Translations under genes and position numbers: made by a program
Assembly: GCA_965200315.1 (NCBI GenBank)
Contig: OZ241362.1
Coordinates: 2,720,001-2,784,000 of the forward strand
Direction of reading: 5' to 3'
Source of the DNA: Candidatus Latescibacterota bacterium
Lineage (GTDB): Bacteria > Latescibacterota > UBA2968 > UBA8231
Length of the DNA: 64,000 nt
Notes under the pieces: model-generated
The model's input: only the letters and a program-made list of their open reading frames with translations
The model's database searches: none
What the model was told of the DNA's origin: nothing
Shown: one piece after another, positions 39,790 through 49,731 of the stretch
Layout: every line of letters begins with the position of its first letter
Position numbering within the stretch: position 1 is the first letter of the stretch

Positions 39790-42339
39790 GTGAGCATACC
39801 CGACGAAGGCATTGTCTTAAAAGTAAAAGAGACCGAGGGCATTACCCGCCGAAAGTACCCCCTGACCAGGGGCGTCCCCCTGCCCCAAGGCACCGTGGCA
39901 GACGTGGAAAACTTGTCTTTACAAGACGCACAGGGCCGAGATGTCCCAGTGCAACTACGGGCCTTGGGCCGCTGGCCGGACGAGAGCGCGAAGTGGGTCT
40001 TGGTGGATTTTCAGGCCGATGTGGAAGCGGGACAAGAGGCCGTGTACACCTTGAAATACGCGGACCAAAAAGTTGCGGCGAACGTCCAAGGCGTAGAAAT
40101 CGCCGAGCGGGAAGATCGCTTTGAGGTGTGTACCGGGCCGCTACGCTTTGGCATAGGAAAAAAGTCTTTCGCGCTTTTTGACGGGGTGGAGCTGGGGCAG
40201 CTAGAGGAAGGGTCGTTTGTCTCCGAGGTAGAAGTTGCACCTCGGGGCGGCGGCGACGCTTGGGCCAAAATTTCCGAGTCCGAGTTCGCCGGAGGAACGC
40301 AGCGGCGCATCTACGGGCTGGGGGGCACGTGTCTGGCCTCAGAGGGCGTGGAGGAATACGCCGTCGAGATCGAAGAGGCCGGTCCCTTGCGGGCGGTGAT
40401 TTGCTGCCAAGGGGCCTACGAGTCCACCGCACCCATGCACCACTACGCTGGCTATGGCCCCCTGCGCTTTGCGACCCGGATCTACGCCTATGCCGGCAAG
40501 GCGCAGGTGCGAGTGGTCCACACGGTGATCGTCACCTGCAACCCGCGCGAGACCGAGGTGGAGGAATTGGGCTTGCGCGTCCCAATCTTGCCCGAAGGCA
40601 GCGGAACTTGGCGCGTCGGGGCCGGGCGGGTCATGGCCGGGCCTTGGGTGGCCGAGCGCTACGCATTGCTCTCCCAGCGGCTGGACAATCACTTCTATTG
40701 GGAAGAGTACGAGGGCGTTGAGCGCGCCGTGCGGGCCGAGGGCGAGCGAGCCGCTGGCTGGATTTGTGCTGAGAACGGCCGCGTCGGCGTCGGCGTTGCG
40801 CTGCGCTACATGGCCGAGGAATACCCCAAGGCCCTCGGCCTAGGGGCGCAAGGCATTGATGTCTTTTTTTGGCGCGACCCAGAAGGCCGGCGGCTCAGTT
40901 GCAAACGCTACGCCGAGGAGGTGGCTTGGCACGAGGGCGAAGGAGTCTATGCCGACGGCACGGGCACCGCGAAGAGCAGCGAGTTTTTCGTCGACTTTTT
41001 TCGCGCCGGCTCGGCCGCCGCCGAGCGGTTGCAGGGCCTTTTGCACCCGCCCCAAGTGAGCGTCGCGCCGGATTGGGTGGTGCAGAGCGGGGCGGCTGGC
41101 GGCTTGGCAACCGGCGCTGGCTTTCCGCGCTCCGACCGCATGTTGACGGGCTTTGTCGCTTGGATGGAAGGGCACATCGAGCGCTATCGCTGGAAGGGGT
41201 TTTTCGATTGGGGCGACGTGATGGCCACTTGGGAAGAGAGCGCAGGAGGCTGGCGCTTCAAGGGCCGCTGGGGTTGGTGCAACAGCGAATGGGATCCGCG
41301 CCACGCCGTGTGGTTGCAGTATTTGCGCACGGGCGCGGGGAGCTACTACGCGCTCGGCGAAGCCATGACCCGGCACTCGCTGGACGTAGACACCTGCCAC
41401 TATCACCCGTTTCGGCCCTATATGGTCGGCGGCTGTTTCCGCCACAGCATGGACCACTTTGGCGACGAGCCGTGCGCTTCGCACACCTTCATCGACAACT
41501 GGGTGGATTACTACTATGTAAGCGGCGACGAGCGGGCGCGGGAGGTCTTGCGCGAGGCCGGGGAATTTTTCCTGCGCTACCGCTGGAGCGAGAACCCGCG
41601 CTATAGCTTCAGCTTGCGCTCCATCGCCAACGTGCTGCGGGGCTTGCTCTACCTGTACGAGCTGACCGGCGAAGCGCGCTTTATGCGCCGCGCCGACGAG
41701 GTGTACGACTCGGTAGCGCACGGCCAAAACGAAGACGGCAGTTGGCACAAGCGCTTCCAAGTATCCACGGAGGGCAAGCTGCCCGACCAAGGGCCGTATG
41801 GCATGGCCACGGAGGGCACGACCCTCGCGGTGGAAATGGGCACGGCGGGCCCGTTTAGCGACGAAGAATTTCTCGCGCTGCGGGGGAGCTTTACTGCATT
41901 AAAGCGGGTGTTGCCTTACGAGGAGCAAAAGGGCTATCAGACTCACTATTTGATGGTCGGGCTGGAGCGGCTACACAGGATGACCGAGCGTGCGGATGTA
42001 GCCGAGGTTTTCGTGCGGGCCGTCGATTGGTTTTGCGGCGGCCGAGGCGTCTTTGACGCCGAGTTTGCCCGCGCCCAAAGCTACCACGGCGTACTCTGCG
42101 GCTCGCTGGCGTACGCTTGGCGGCTGACCGGGGAGCGAGGCTATCTGGAGGTGGGGCGTACGGTACTGGCCGAGTTGATCGCGCAGCAGGACTGGAGCGA
42201 CCGCCCGGATTACCGGGGTGCGGTGGCTATGCACCCGACTGCGTTGAGCTTGGTGTTCTTTGGCGTGCCGTCGCTACTGGGGGCGCTCGCAGAAGCAGGC
42301 TTGGAGGAATATAGCAATCCTGCATCACCTCATAGATGA
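39790..42339 (+). CDS. Exo-rhamnogalacturonan lyase (PcRGLX/YetA)-like protein
   Basis: N-terminal TRGVPLPQG...WPDESAKW barrel. GFFDWGDVM, WCNSEWD and AMTRHSLDVD in an (alpha/alpha) domain. SD AAGGAG before GTG 39790. Confidence 0.6.
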   Translation: MSIPDEGIVLKVKETEGITRRKYPLTRGVPLPQGTVADVENLSLQDAQGRDVPVQLRALGRWPDESAKWVLVDFQADVEAGQEAVYTLKYADQKVAANVQGVEIAEREDRFEVCTGPLRFGIGKKSFALFDGVELGQLEEGSFVSEVEVAPRGGGDAWAKISESEFAGGTQRRIYGLGGTCLASEGVEEYAVEIEEAGPLRAVICCQGAYESTAPMHHYAGYGPLRFATRIYAYAGKAQVRVVHTVIVTCNPRETEVEELGLRVPILPEGSGTWRVGAGRVMAGPWVAERYALLSQRLDNHFYWEEYEGVERAVRAEGERAAGWICAENGRVGVGVALRYMAEEYPKALGLGAQGIDVFFWRDPEGRRLSCKRYAEEVAWHEGEGVYADGTGTAKSSEFFVDFFRAGSAAAERLQGLLHPPQVSVAPDWVVQSGAAGGLATGAGFPRSDRMLTGFVAWMEGHIERYRWKGFFDWGDVMATWEESAGGWRFKGRWGWCNSEWDPRHAVWLQYLRTGAGSYYALGEAMTRHSLDVDTCHYHPFRPYMVGGCFRHSMDHFGDEPCASHTFIDNWVDYYYVSGDERAREVLREAGEFFLRYRWSENPRYSFSLRSIANVLRGLLYLYELTGEARFMRRADEVYDSVAHGQNEDGSWHKRFQVSTEGKLPDQGPYGMATEGTTLAVEMGTAGPFSDEEFLALRGSFTALKRVLPYEEQKGYQTHYLMVGLERLHRMTERADVAEVFVRAVDWFCGGRGVFDAEFARAQSYHGVLCGSLAYAWRLTGERGYLEVGRTVLAELIAQQDWSDRPDYRGAVAMHPTALSLVFFGVPSLLGALAEAGLEEYSNPASPHR

Positions 42340-42402
42340 TCCGCAGAAAGACGCCGAATGGTAGGAGCGAGACGATCCGCCCAAGTCTTTCAGGGGCGCT
42401 AA

Positions 42403-42547
42403 GAAGCCGTCTGAAAACTAGGGGTTCGGCCTCGCCCGCGGCGCAAAGCACTTGGGATCGAGGGCGTCTCGCCCTCGAAAAACGCAGGTTGCCAAGACCG
42501 CTCAACAGCCTCGTCAACCAATCCAACGGGAATTTTCAGACCGCTTC
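42403..42547. mobile_element. 145-bp MITE with IS5-like termini and TAA target duplication
   Basis: GAAGCCGTCTGAAAA ... TTTTCAGACCGCTTC (15-bp IR, 1 mismatch), flanked by TAA on both sides. Internal palindrome TCGAGGGCGTCTCGCCCTCGA. Confidence 0.7.
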
Positions 42548-42563
42548 TAAAGGAGAAAGTACC

Positions 42564-44057
42564 ATGCTAGAACGACCCAATATCATTCTGATTATGACCG
42601 ACCAACAGCACTTTGACACAATCGGTGCTTGGGGCTACGACTACGCGATTACGCCGGCGATGGACCGCTTGGCCGCCGAGGGGCTTTCCTTCCGCAATGC
42701 CTTTTGCCCAGGCGCGACCTGCATTGCCTCGCGGGCGGCGATCTTCACGGGTATGTACCCTCACAACACCGGCGTGTACAGCTTTGATCACTGGGCCAAT
42801 CACCGCAATTGGGTGCAAGATCTCAACGACGCAGGTTATCACTGCGTCAACATCGGCAAGATGCACTTTGCGCCGCGCGATGTCGCCGGGGGTTTCCGCG
42901 AGCGGGTCGTGGTGGAGAATCCCACCAGCAAGAACCTCGACATGGGTGGGGCTGACGACGATTGGGGCCGCTATCTGCGGATTCATGGCTTAGTGCGGCC
43001 CAACCACCGCAACAAGACCGATCCGCATTGGCTGAGCAAATACCAAGGCGTCCCCTGGCACTTGGAGGAGCGCTTTCACTCGGATGTCTTTATTGGCGAC
43101 TCAGCCCTTACTTGGATCCGCGATTACAAGGGCCAACAACCGTTTTTCTTGCAGGTAGGTTTTACCGGCCCGCACGAGCCGTGGGACCCGCTGCCGAGGC
43201 ATCTGGAGCAGTACGCAGAGCGGCCAATGCCCCCCCGCGTACTGCGCGAGGGCGAGTTGGCAGACAAGCCGCCCCAGCACACGGCGCAGAGAAAGACACA
43301 CGCTGAGACCGAGCACGAGTCCGCGATCGACATGTACTCGCCCAGCGAAGAGGACATCGCCCACATGCGGCGGCACTACTATGCCAAGATTACCACGGTG
43401 GATGAGAAGTTGGGCGAGGTCCTCGACGCGCTTCAGAGGCGGGGCTTTCTGGACCATAGCCTGCTGATCTTCTGCTCGGATCACGGCGAGCTGTTGGGCG
43501 ATCACGGGCTGGCGTACAAATGGCTGATGTACGATCCGATAGTACACGTGCCGCTGATCGTGCGCGACAGTCGGCGGGCTCAGAAGGGCGATGCGGTCGG
43601 CGACTTAGTTTCGTTGATGGATTTGGGACCGACGCTCCTAGAGGCGGCGGGCGTGGAGGTCCCTAGTTATCTGGAGGGACGCTCGCTGCGGCCATACTTG
43701 GAGGGGGCTGCGGATTCCGCGCCGCGCGAGTGGGTATTCTGCGAGGACAACTATCAGGTGATGATGCGCGGCCAGCGGCACAAAATGGTCTATTACATCG
43801 GCCAAGAGCAGGGCGAGCTATACGACTTGGAGCAGGACCCTCACGAGTTGTGGAACCTCTGGGGCCGACCCGAGCAGCAGGAACTGCAAAACGAGCTTAC
43901 AGCCCGTTTACTCGGCTGGCTCGCCGCAAGCACTTACTACAACGCGGGCTACCGCCGTCAGCGCAGCCGGCAGTACGCGATGCGCTGGCCGCGACCGGAT
44001 GACGCGTTTTTACACGGAGCACGGGGGAAAGCAGTGCCCCGTTCATTTGATCTCTAG
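42564..44057 (+). CDS. Sulfatase (choline-sulfatase-like, formylglycine-dependent)
   Basis: PNIILIMTDQ, CIASRAAIFTG, GKMH and SDHGELLGDHG motifs. SD AGGAG before ATG 42564. Confidence 0.9.
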   Translation: MLERPNIILIMTDQQHFDTIGAWGYDYAITPAMDRLAAEGLSFRNAFCPGATCIASRAAIFTGMYPHNTGVYSFDHWANHRNWVQDLNDAGYHCVNIGKMHFAPRDVAGGFRERVVVENPTSKNLDMGGADDDWGRYLRIHGLVRPNHRNKTDPHWLSKYQGVPWHLEERFHSDVFIGDSALTWIRDYKGQQPFFLQVGFTGPHEPWDPLPRHLEQYAERPMPPRVLREGELADKPPQHTAQRKTHAETEHESAIDMYSPSEEDIAHMRRHYYAKITTVDEKLGEVLDALQRRGFLDHSLLIFCSDHGELLGDHGLAYKWLMYDPIVHVPLIVRDSRRAQKGDAVGDLVSLMDLGPTLLEAAGVEVPSYLEGRSLRPYLEGAADSAPREWVFCEDNYQVMMRGQRHKMVYYIGQEQGELYDLEQDPHELWNLWGRPEQQELQNELTARLLGWLAASTYYNAGYRRQRSRQYAMRWPRPDDAFLHGARGKAVPRSFDL

Positions 44058-44734
44058 GATTCGGTTAAGAAGCTGGCGAGGAGATCGACGGCCGCGGTCT
44101 GGTCTATTTTGCCGGTGTTGATCGTCAGGTCGTAGAGCAGGGGGTCGTTCCAGTCGGCGTTGTGGAAGTTGCGCAGGTAGCTCTGACGCCACTGGTCGTG
44201 TTGCTCGATGAGTTTCTGCACTTGCTCGCGGCCCATGTCGCGGCTTTGCATCAATCGTTCAATCCGCGTTTCGAGCGGGGCGATGATTTTGACGTGACAG
44301 GCATTGGGGAAATCGGCGAGGACGACTTGGCTGGCCCGACCGACGACGACGGCCTTACCGCCTTGGCCAAAATCCTGCACGAGGGTCGTGATGAGTAGTT
44401 GGTACGTGCCGCGGTCGAGGTATGTCGCTTCGCTAACATCGTGCTCGCGCATGTGGGGAAACTCGAGCCCAAACTCGGGCGCATACGCGGCAGCCGATAG
44501 GGGAAAAGCCCCCGGAGCGACTTCGGGCACGAGCAATTTCTTGAGGAAGAACCTGAGCCGGCCCTCCCCTTTTTCGTCGTAGCGTTCAACCTCTTCGACC
44601 GAAGTATCGGTGATGCTGGCGATTTCTTCGACGAGGCGGCGGTCGATAAATTCGTAGCCCAGCTTGGCGGCCAACTGCTCGGCGATCCAGTCGCCAAAGC
44701 TGCCGAGCTGGCGGGCAACCGTGATGACATTCAT
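44054..44734 (-). CDS. Cytidylate kinase-like family protein
   Basis: ITVARQLGSFG, VVVGR and YDLTINT motifs. Confidence 0.85.
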   Translation of the reverse strand: MNVITVARQLGSFGDWIAEQLAAKLGYEFIDRRLVEEIASITDTSVEEVERYDEKGEGRLRFFLKKLLVPEVAPGAFPLSAAAYAPEFGLEFPHMREHDVSEATYLDRGTYQLLITTLVQDFGQGGKAVVVGRASQVVLADFPNACHVKIIAPLETRIERLMQSRDMGREQVQKLIEQHDQWRQSYLRNFHNADWNDPLLYDLTINTGKIDQTAAVDLLASFLTES

Positions 44735-44789
44735 GGCGAGTCTCTTAGGTTGGAAGTGCTCATGTCCCAGCTTGTACTCCTCTGTAAAG

Positions 44790-44819
44790 AGTATAAAAGG
44801 CGGATATTTGCCGTGTCAA
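44790..44819 (-). promoter_or_regulatory. Sigma70-type promoter for the cytidylate kinase-like gene
   Basis: TTGACA-18 nt-TATACT. Confidence 0.55.
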
Positions 44820-45910
44820 CGTTTTTTGGGCCGGCCCAACTGCGGCCCCAAGCGGATGGAATGGGTTTTGACGAGGCAGTAGATTGGGTCGCCGATGCCG
44901 AGCTGCATTTCCTCGATGGCTTCTGGGGTCGTCTTGGCGGCTAGCCGACGCCCGACATCCACGTAGATGAGCTGTTTCCCCCCCACATCGGCAATTGCGC
45001 TGATGGTCCCCTGCAAAGCATTGCGTACGCTCAGCCCCTCGGGGTGCTGGCGAGCGAGGACGATGTCGTCGGCGCGGATGCCGATAAAAAGGCGGCTGCC
45101 TACGGGTTGATCGCAGTAGGGGATTTTGAGCTGCTGACCGTGGCACAGGACCTCGCAGACGCCCCGTTCAGCGTCGGTCGCCGCGATTTCCACGTCGAGG
45201 ACGTTTTCAAATCCGTGCTCTTCGACCAGTGGCAGGACTTGGGGGTGGGCGGCGATGGTGAAAAAGTCGCCGTGTGCGACGACTTGGCCGCGGTCGAGGA
45301 CGACAACCTCGCTGGTGAGTTCGAGGATTTCGGCGACCGAATGGCTGACGTAGAGAATGGGAATCTGGAGGGTGTCGCGGACGTGGCACAAGTAGGGGAT
45401 GATGCGGTTTTTGAGGCTCTGATCGAGCGAGGCCAGCGGCTCGTCCATCAGCAGCAGGCGCGGGGAGGCGAGCAGGGCGCGGCCCAAGGCGACGCGCTGG
45501 CGCTCGCCGCCGGACAGGTGCCTCGGCCGACGCTTGAGCAGAGAACCAATTTCGAGCAAATCGACGATTTGGTCCAAGGCAAAGCGGCGCGCTGCCGCTG
45601 GCAGTAGGTCGCGGCCATAGCACAGGTTTTCCTCGGTGCTCAGGTGCGGAAAGAGCAAGTCGTCTTGAAATACGTAGCCGATGCGGCGGTGCTCGGGCGG
45701 CCAATCGATGCGCTCAGTCGAAGAGAAAAGGGTTTGGCCGTCCAAGGATATTTCGCCAGCGTCCGGTCTCACCAGCCCGGCGACTACGTTGAGCAGCGAG
45801 GTCTTGCCTGCACCCGACGGCCCGTAGATGGCGGTGACGGCGTGGTGACACTCAATATCGATGTCGAGTGCGAAGGGGCCTAGTTGGCGTTGTGCGTGGA
45901 GGCCGAGCAT
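44816..45910 (-). CDS. modC: Molybdate ABC transporter ATP-binding protein
   Basis: GPSGAGKT, LSGGERQR, LLMDEP and a C-terminal TOBE domain. Confidence 0.93.
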   Translation of the reverse strand: MLGLHAQRQLGPFALDIDIECHHAVTAIYGPSGAGKTSLLNVVAGLVRPDAGEISLDGQTLFSSTERIDWPPEHRRIGYVFQDDLLFPHLSTEENLCYGRDLLPAAARRFALDQIVDLLEIGSLLKRRPRHLSGGERQRVALGRALLASPRLLLMDEPLASLDQSLKNRIIPYLCHVRDTLQIPILYVSHSVAEILELTSEVVVLDRGQVVAHGDFFTIAAHPQVLPLVEEHGFENVLDVEIAATDAERGVCEVLCHGQQLKIPYCDQPVGSRLFIGIRADDIVLARQHPEGLSVRNALQGTISAIADVGGKQLIYVDVGRRLAAKTTPEAIEEMQLGIGDPIYCLVKTHSIRLGPQLGRPKKR

Positions 45911-45912
45911 TG

Positions 45913-46587
45913 CTAACTCGAACGCAGGCGACGAGCCGACCACTCGCTGGCCACGAGGGCCAACAGCGAAAGCGCGACCGAGACCACGATTAGTCCGACG
46001 ACGCGGCTTTCTCCGTCCGGTTGGTTGAGATACGTGTAAATGGCCGAGGGGATGGTGCGGGTCTGCCCGGCGATGTTGGCCGCAAAGGTGATGGTCGCGC
46101 CAAATTCGCCCAAGGAGCGGGCAAAGCTCAACAGCGAGCCGACCAGCAGGCCGGGAGCGGCGAGGCGCAAGGTCACGGTCAGAAAGACGCGCACCGGACC
46201 CGCCCCGAGGGTGCGGGCGACGCGCTCTAGGCGCGGATCCACGCTTTCAATCCCGAGGCGCACGGAGCGCAGCATCAGGGGAAAGCCAACCACGGCCGAG
46301 GCCAGTACCGCGCCCTTCCAGTTGAAGGCCAACTGGAGATCGAGGGCTGTAAGTATTGGGCCGAAGAGACCGCGGCGGCCAAAAAGCAACAGGAGCAAAT
46401 AGCCGGTGACTACTGGCGGCAGGACCAGCGGCAGGTGACAAAGGCCGTCGAGGGCAATCTTGAGCGGGAACTCCCGCCGGGCCAGCAGCCAGCCCAGCAA
46501 CACGGCCGGCAGCAGGCTCAGCAGCACACAGCAAAAGGCCACGCGCAGCGAGAGTAAAAGGACCTGCACTGCCTCAGTGCTGAACAC
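45913..46587 (-). CDS. modB: Molybdate ABC transporter permease
   Basis: LPLVLPPVVTGY and FARSLGEFGAT motifs. Confidence 0.95.
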   Translation of the reverse strand: MFSTEAVQVLLLSLRVAFCCVLLSLLPAVLLGWLLARREFPLKIALDGLCHLPLVLPPVVTGYLLLLLFGRRGLFGPILTALDLQLAFNWKGAVLASAVVGFPLMLRSVRLGIESVDPRLERVARTLGAGPVRVFLTVTLRLAAPGLLVGSLLSFARSLGEFGATITFAANIAGQTRTIPSAIYTYLNQPDGESRVVGLIVVSVALSLLALVASEWSARRLRSS

Positions 46588-47323
46588 GTTGGTCGCCCAA
46601 AAAGATAAAGCCGTGTTTGCGGAAGATACTGGCGGCCGTATCCGAGCCGAAAAACGCCAGCAGATCGCGCACCTGTGCGCTGGCGCGGCCCTTGACGATG
46701 GCTGCCGGATAGACGATGGGGCGGTGCAGTGAGTCTGGCACTGTCGCTAGGGTTATTACGCGGTCGCTTTGGGCCGCATCGGTGGCGTACACCAAGCCGG
46801 CGGAGCACTCTCCGCGCTCTACGTACACCAAGGCAGCGCGGACGTCGGGCGCGGGTGCGATGCGGCTTTTGATCCCTGGCCACCAGCCCAATTTCTCTAG
46901 GGCTTGGCGGGCGTACTGGCCGGCCGGGACGTGATCGGGATCGCCGAGGGCCAAGCGGCCAGCGAAAGCGCCAGCAAAGGCGAAGTCCCTTGCCCAGCGG
47001 ACAGCGAAAGGTTCTTCTCGCGGTACAATGACCACGAGGGCGTTGCCAAGGAGAGCGACGCGAGTATCTCGCTCGATGTACTGGCGCACTTGGAGATAGT
47101 CCATCCACTCGGCATTGGCGGAAAAGTAAATGTCCGCTGGCGCACCGGCGGCAATTTGTTTGGCTAAAGTCGAAGAGCTGGCGACGGACAGGCGCATCCC
47201 CTCGTAGCGGGTGGCCAGTTCTGAGAGTGCGGAACTTAGGCTAGCGGCGGCGAACACGCTTTGGGCCGCGGCCAGCGCGGGACAGAGCAAGAGCAGTACG
47301 ATGCTAAGTGTGCGCAGGGTCAT
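46574..47323 (-). CDS. modA: Molybdate ABC transporter substrate-binding protein
   Basis: Signal peptide, FAAASL, SSSTLAKQI, PAGQYA and VYATDA. Start ATG 47323. Confidence 0.93.
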   Translation of the reverse strand: MTLRTLSIVLLLLCPALAAAQSVFAAASLSSALSELATRYEGMRLSVASSSTLAKQIAAGAPADIYFSANAEWMDYLQVRQYIERDTRVALLGNALVVIVPREEPFAVRWARDFAFAGAFAGRLALGDPDHVPAGQYARQALEKLGWWPGIKSRIAPAPDVRAALVYVERGECSAGLVYATDAAQSDRVITLATVPDSLHRPIVYPAAIVKGRASAQVRDLLAFFGSDTAASIFRKHGFIFLGDQRVQH

Positions 47324-49679
47324 GGTGCCAAAACTTGGCCAGCGACTGGGCGATATGGGCGGGGTTGCGGACGGAATGCACTCGGCGCCAAGAGGCGGGA
47401 AAAAGCTGGCGATAGCGACTTTGAGCAAAGCGGCGATCGACGAGGAGGATCGCGCCGCGGTCGCTCGCGGTGCGGATTACGCGGCCTGCGGCCTGCAACA
47501 CGCGGTTCATGCCCGGATAGACGTAAGCATACGCAAAGCCGGAAATATCGCGCTCGTCGAAATAGTGGCGGATCAGGTCGCGCTCCAAGCACAGTTGCGG
47601 CAGCCCAACGCCGACTACTACTGCACCCACTAGCCGCTCGCCGACTAAATCAATCCCCTCGCCGAAGACGCCGCCCATCACCGCGAAACCCACCGTGTGC
47701 TGGGCGGGCTGCAATGGCTCCGCGTCGAATGCGGATAGGAACGCCTCGCGCTGGCGGTCGGACATGCCGCTTTCTTGAACGAGGAGGTCAATGCTTGGGT
47801 ACGCCTCGGCAAAGCGCGTCGCCACCTCCTCCATGTATTTGTACGAAGGGAAAAAGGCGAGGTAGTTGCCCGCACGCTGGCTGACGAGAGCGGCGATGGA
47901 CTCGGCGATGTCGCTGTAGCTCTCGCCGCGCTTTTTGTACGTCGTTTCAATGTGGTCGGCCAGCAGCAGGTGCAGGTGTTCGGGCGGGAAGGGCGAACCA
48001 AGGCTCAACAAGGTATCCCCCTCCTCGCCGCCGAGCAGGTCGCGGAAATACGCCAGCGGCGAGAGCGTGGCCGAGAAGAATACGGCCGCACAGCCACGCC
48101 CTAGGGCCTGGCGGATATTTTGTGCTGGGTCGAGACAGAAGATGCGGAATTGAATATCCCGCCCCTGTTTTTCGCTGTACGTGGTGTAGTGCTCGTCGAA
48201 CAGCTCGCCGATGCGCTCAAAGCCCAGCAACCGGAAGTAGCACTCGATCAATTCGTCCCAAAAGGGCAAGGCCGCGCCCTGCTCTAGTACCTTCTCGGCC
48301 GTGCGGAGGACATTGTGGACCAGCGCCATCAGGTCCGTCGATAGCTGTGGGCTGATCCAACACGCGCCGTCGCCTTCTTGCTCAACCTTCTTGCCGAGCT
48401 TGGCAAAGTAGCGGTTGAGGGCGTCGAGCTGTTTGCTCAAGTCGGGATGCGTCTTGCCGACTAAGCGCTTGAGCCCAGATATCTCGGACTTGCACAGATC
48501 GGCGGAAAACATCGCGCGCGCCCGGTCGACGAGATTGTGCGCCTCGTCAATGAGGAAGGCGTATTGCCCTCTGGTGTCTTGGAAGAAGCGCTTGAGGAAG
48601 GCGCGTGGATCGAAGACGTAGTTGTAATCGCAGATGATGACGTCGCACCACGGCGCGAGGTCGAGCGAGAACTCAAAGGGGCAGACGGTGTGCTTTTGCG
48701 CGCATTCCTCGATGAGGGGCCGGGTGAAGGCGTCGTGGGTAAAGATGTCTTCAAGCGCATCGTTGATGCGGTCGTAGTAGCCGCGGGCGAACTCGCATTC
48801 TTCGGGATCGCAGGTGCTGCCGCCGTTGGGTTTGAAGCAAATTTTGTCGCGGGCCGTCAGCGTCAGGCTCTTGATGCGTGCGCCTCCCCCGCGCAGGTCG
48901 TCAATGGCCTTTTCGGCAACCTTGCGCCCGCTGGTTTTGGCCGTCAGGTAGAAAATTTTTTCGGCATGGCCCAAGCCGAGGGCCTTGGCGGCCGGAAACA
49001 GAGTCGAAATGGTTTTGCCGATGCCGGTGGGCGCTTGGGCAAAAGCCCGACCGCGGCCGTCGATGGTGCGGTAGGTGGCCGCGGCCAGATCGCGCTGGCC
49101 GGGTCGGAACTCGGCGAAGGGAAATTTGAACTCCACAAGCGAAAGATCGCGCTCGGCGCACCACTGTTGGTAGATGCGCGCCCAATGCAGGTAGCGCTCA
49201 ATGAGATCGGCGCAAAACGCCGCCAGTTCGCGGCACGCAAAGGTGCGGCGGTCCTCGTGGTGCTCATAGGTATCCAACTGAAGGTAGGTTAGCTGGACAT
49301 CGATGGCGTCGAGGCCGCTTTGCTCGGCGACCATAAAGGCGTAGAGCTTGGCTTGCGCCCAATGCGTTGGGTTTTCAGGGACCTCGTCGAGATCGGCCTC
49401 GGTGGTCTTGATTTCCTCGACGAGCACGGCGGCGTCTTCGACGAGTAGGCCGTCGATGCGGCCGCTTATTTCGAGGGCGATTTCGTCGGTCTCGATTAGG
49501 TAGGAGATGGGTACTTCCGCTTGATAGTCGGCGGGGCGGGCGCGCTGGATCTTCTGGTGGCCGTGCGTTCCCTCGACTAGGCGGTCGGGACGGGAAAAGC
49601 CGCCGAAAATTAGATCGCCGGAGCGCAGTACGAAGCCAACAAGTTCGCGGACCGAGGTTTTGATCAGGCGCGGGGGCAT
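47304..49679 (-). CDS. Rad3/DinG-family Fe-S DNA helicase with N-terminal PD-(D/E)xK nuclease domain
   Basis: SGRIDG..EEIKT nuclease motif, APTGIGKT, a Cys cluster, IDEAH, FSATL and QAAGRVIR. Start ATG 49679. Confidence 0.88.
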   Translation of the reverse strand: MPPRLIKTSVRELVGFVLRSGDLIFGGFSRPDRLVEGTHGHQKIQRARPADYQAEVPISYLIETDEIALEISGRIDGLLVEDAAVLVEEIKTTEADLDEVPENPTHWAQAKLYAFMVAEQSGLDAIDVQLTYLQLDTYEHHEDRRTFACRELAAFCADLIERYLHWARIYQQWCAERDLSLVEFKFPFAEFRPGQRDLAAATYRTIDGRGRAFAQAPTGIGKTISTLFPAAKALGLGHAEKIFYLTAKTSGRKVAEKAIDDLRGGGARIKSLTLTARDKICFKPNGGSTCDPEECEFARGYYDRINDALEDIFTHDAFTRPLIEECAQKHTVCPFEFSLDLAPWCDVIICDYNYVFDPRAFLKRFFQDTRGQYAFLIDEAHNLVDRARAMFSADLCKSEISGLKRLVGKTHPDLSKQLDALNRYFAKLGKKVEQEGDGACWISPQLSTDLMALVHNVLRTAEKVLEQGAALPFWDELIECYFRLLGFERIGELFDEHYTTYSEKQGRDIQFRIFCLDPAQNIRQALGRGCAAVFFSATLSPLAYFRDLLGGEEGDTLLSLGSPFPPEHLHLLLADHIETTYKKRGESYSDIAESIAALVSQRAGNYLAFFPSYKYMEEVATRFAEAYPSIDLLVQESGMSDRQREAFLSAFDAEPLQPAQHTVGFAVMGGVFGEGIDLVGERLVGAVVVGVGLPQLCLERDLIRHYFDERDISGFAYAYVYPGMNRVLQAAGRVIRTASDRGAILLVDRRFAQSRYRQLFPASWRRVHSVRNPAHIAQSLAKFWHHDPAHT

Positions 49680-49689
49680 GGCGTATAAT
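49660..49689 (+). promoter_or_regulatory. Sigma70-type promoter for mtnP
   Basis: TTGATC-18 nt-TATAAT upstream of SD AAGGAG. Confidence 0.55.
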
Positions 49690-49731
49690 ATAGGGGCACT
49701 ATCGGGCACTTGCATTCTCAAAGGAGACGAT

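Noticed and set aside
47304-49679. Cas4-like nuclease-DinG helicase as a type IV CRISPR component
   Set aside because: No array or other cas genes nearby. This nuclease-helicase fusion is a common stand-alone repair-type family, here between modA and mtnP.
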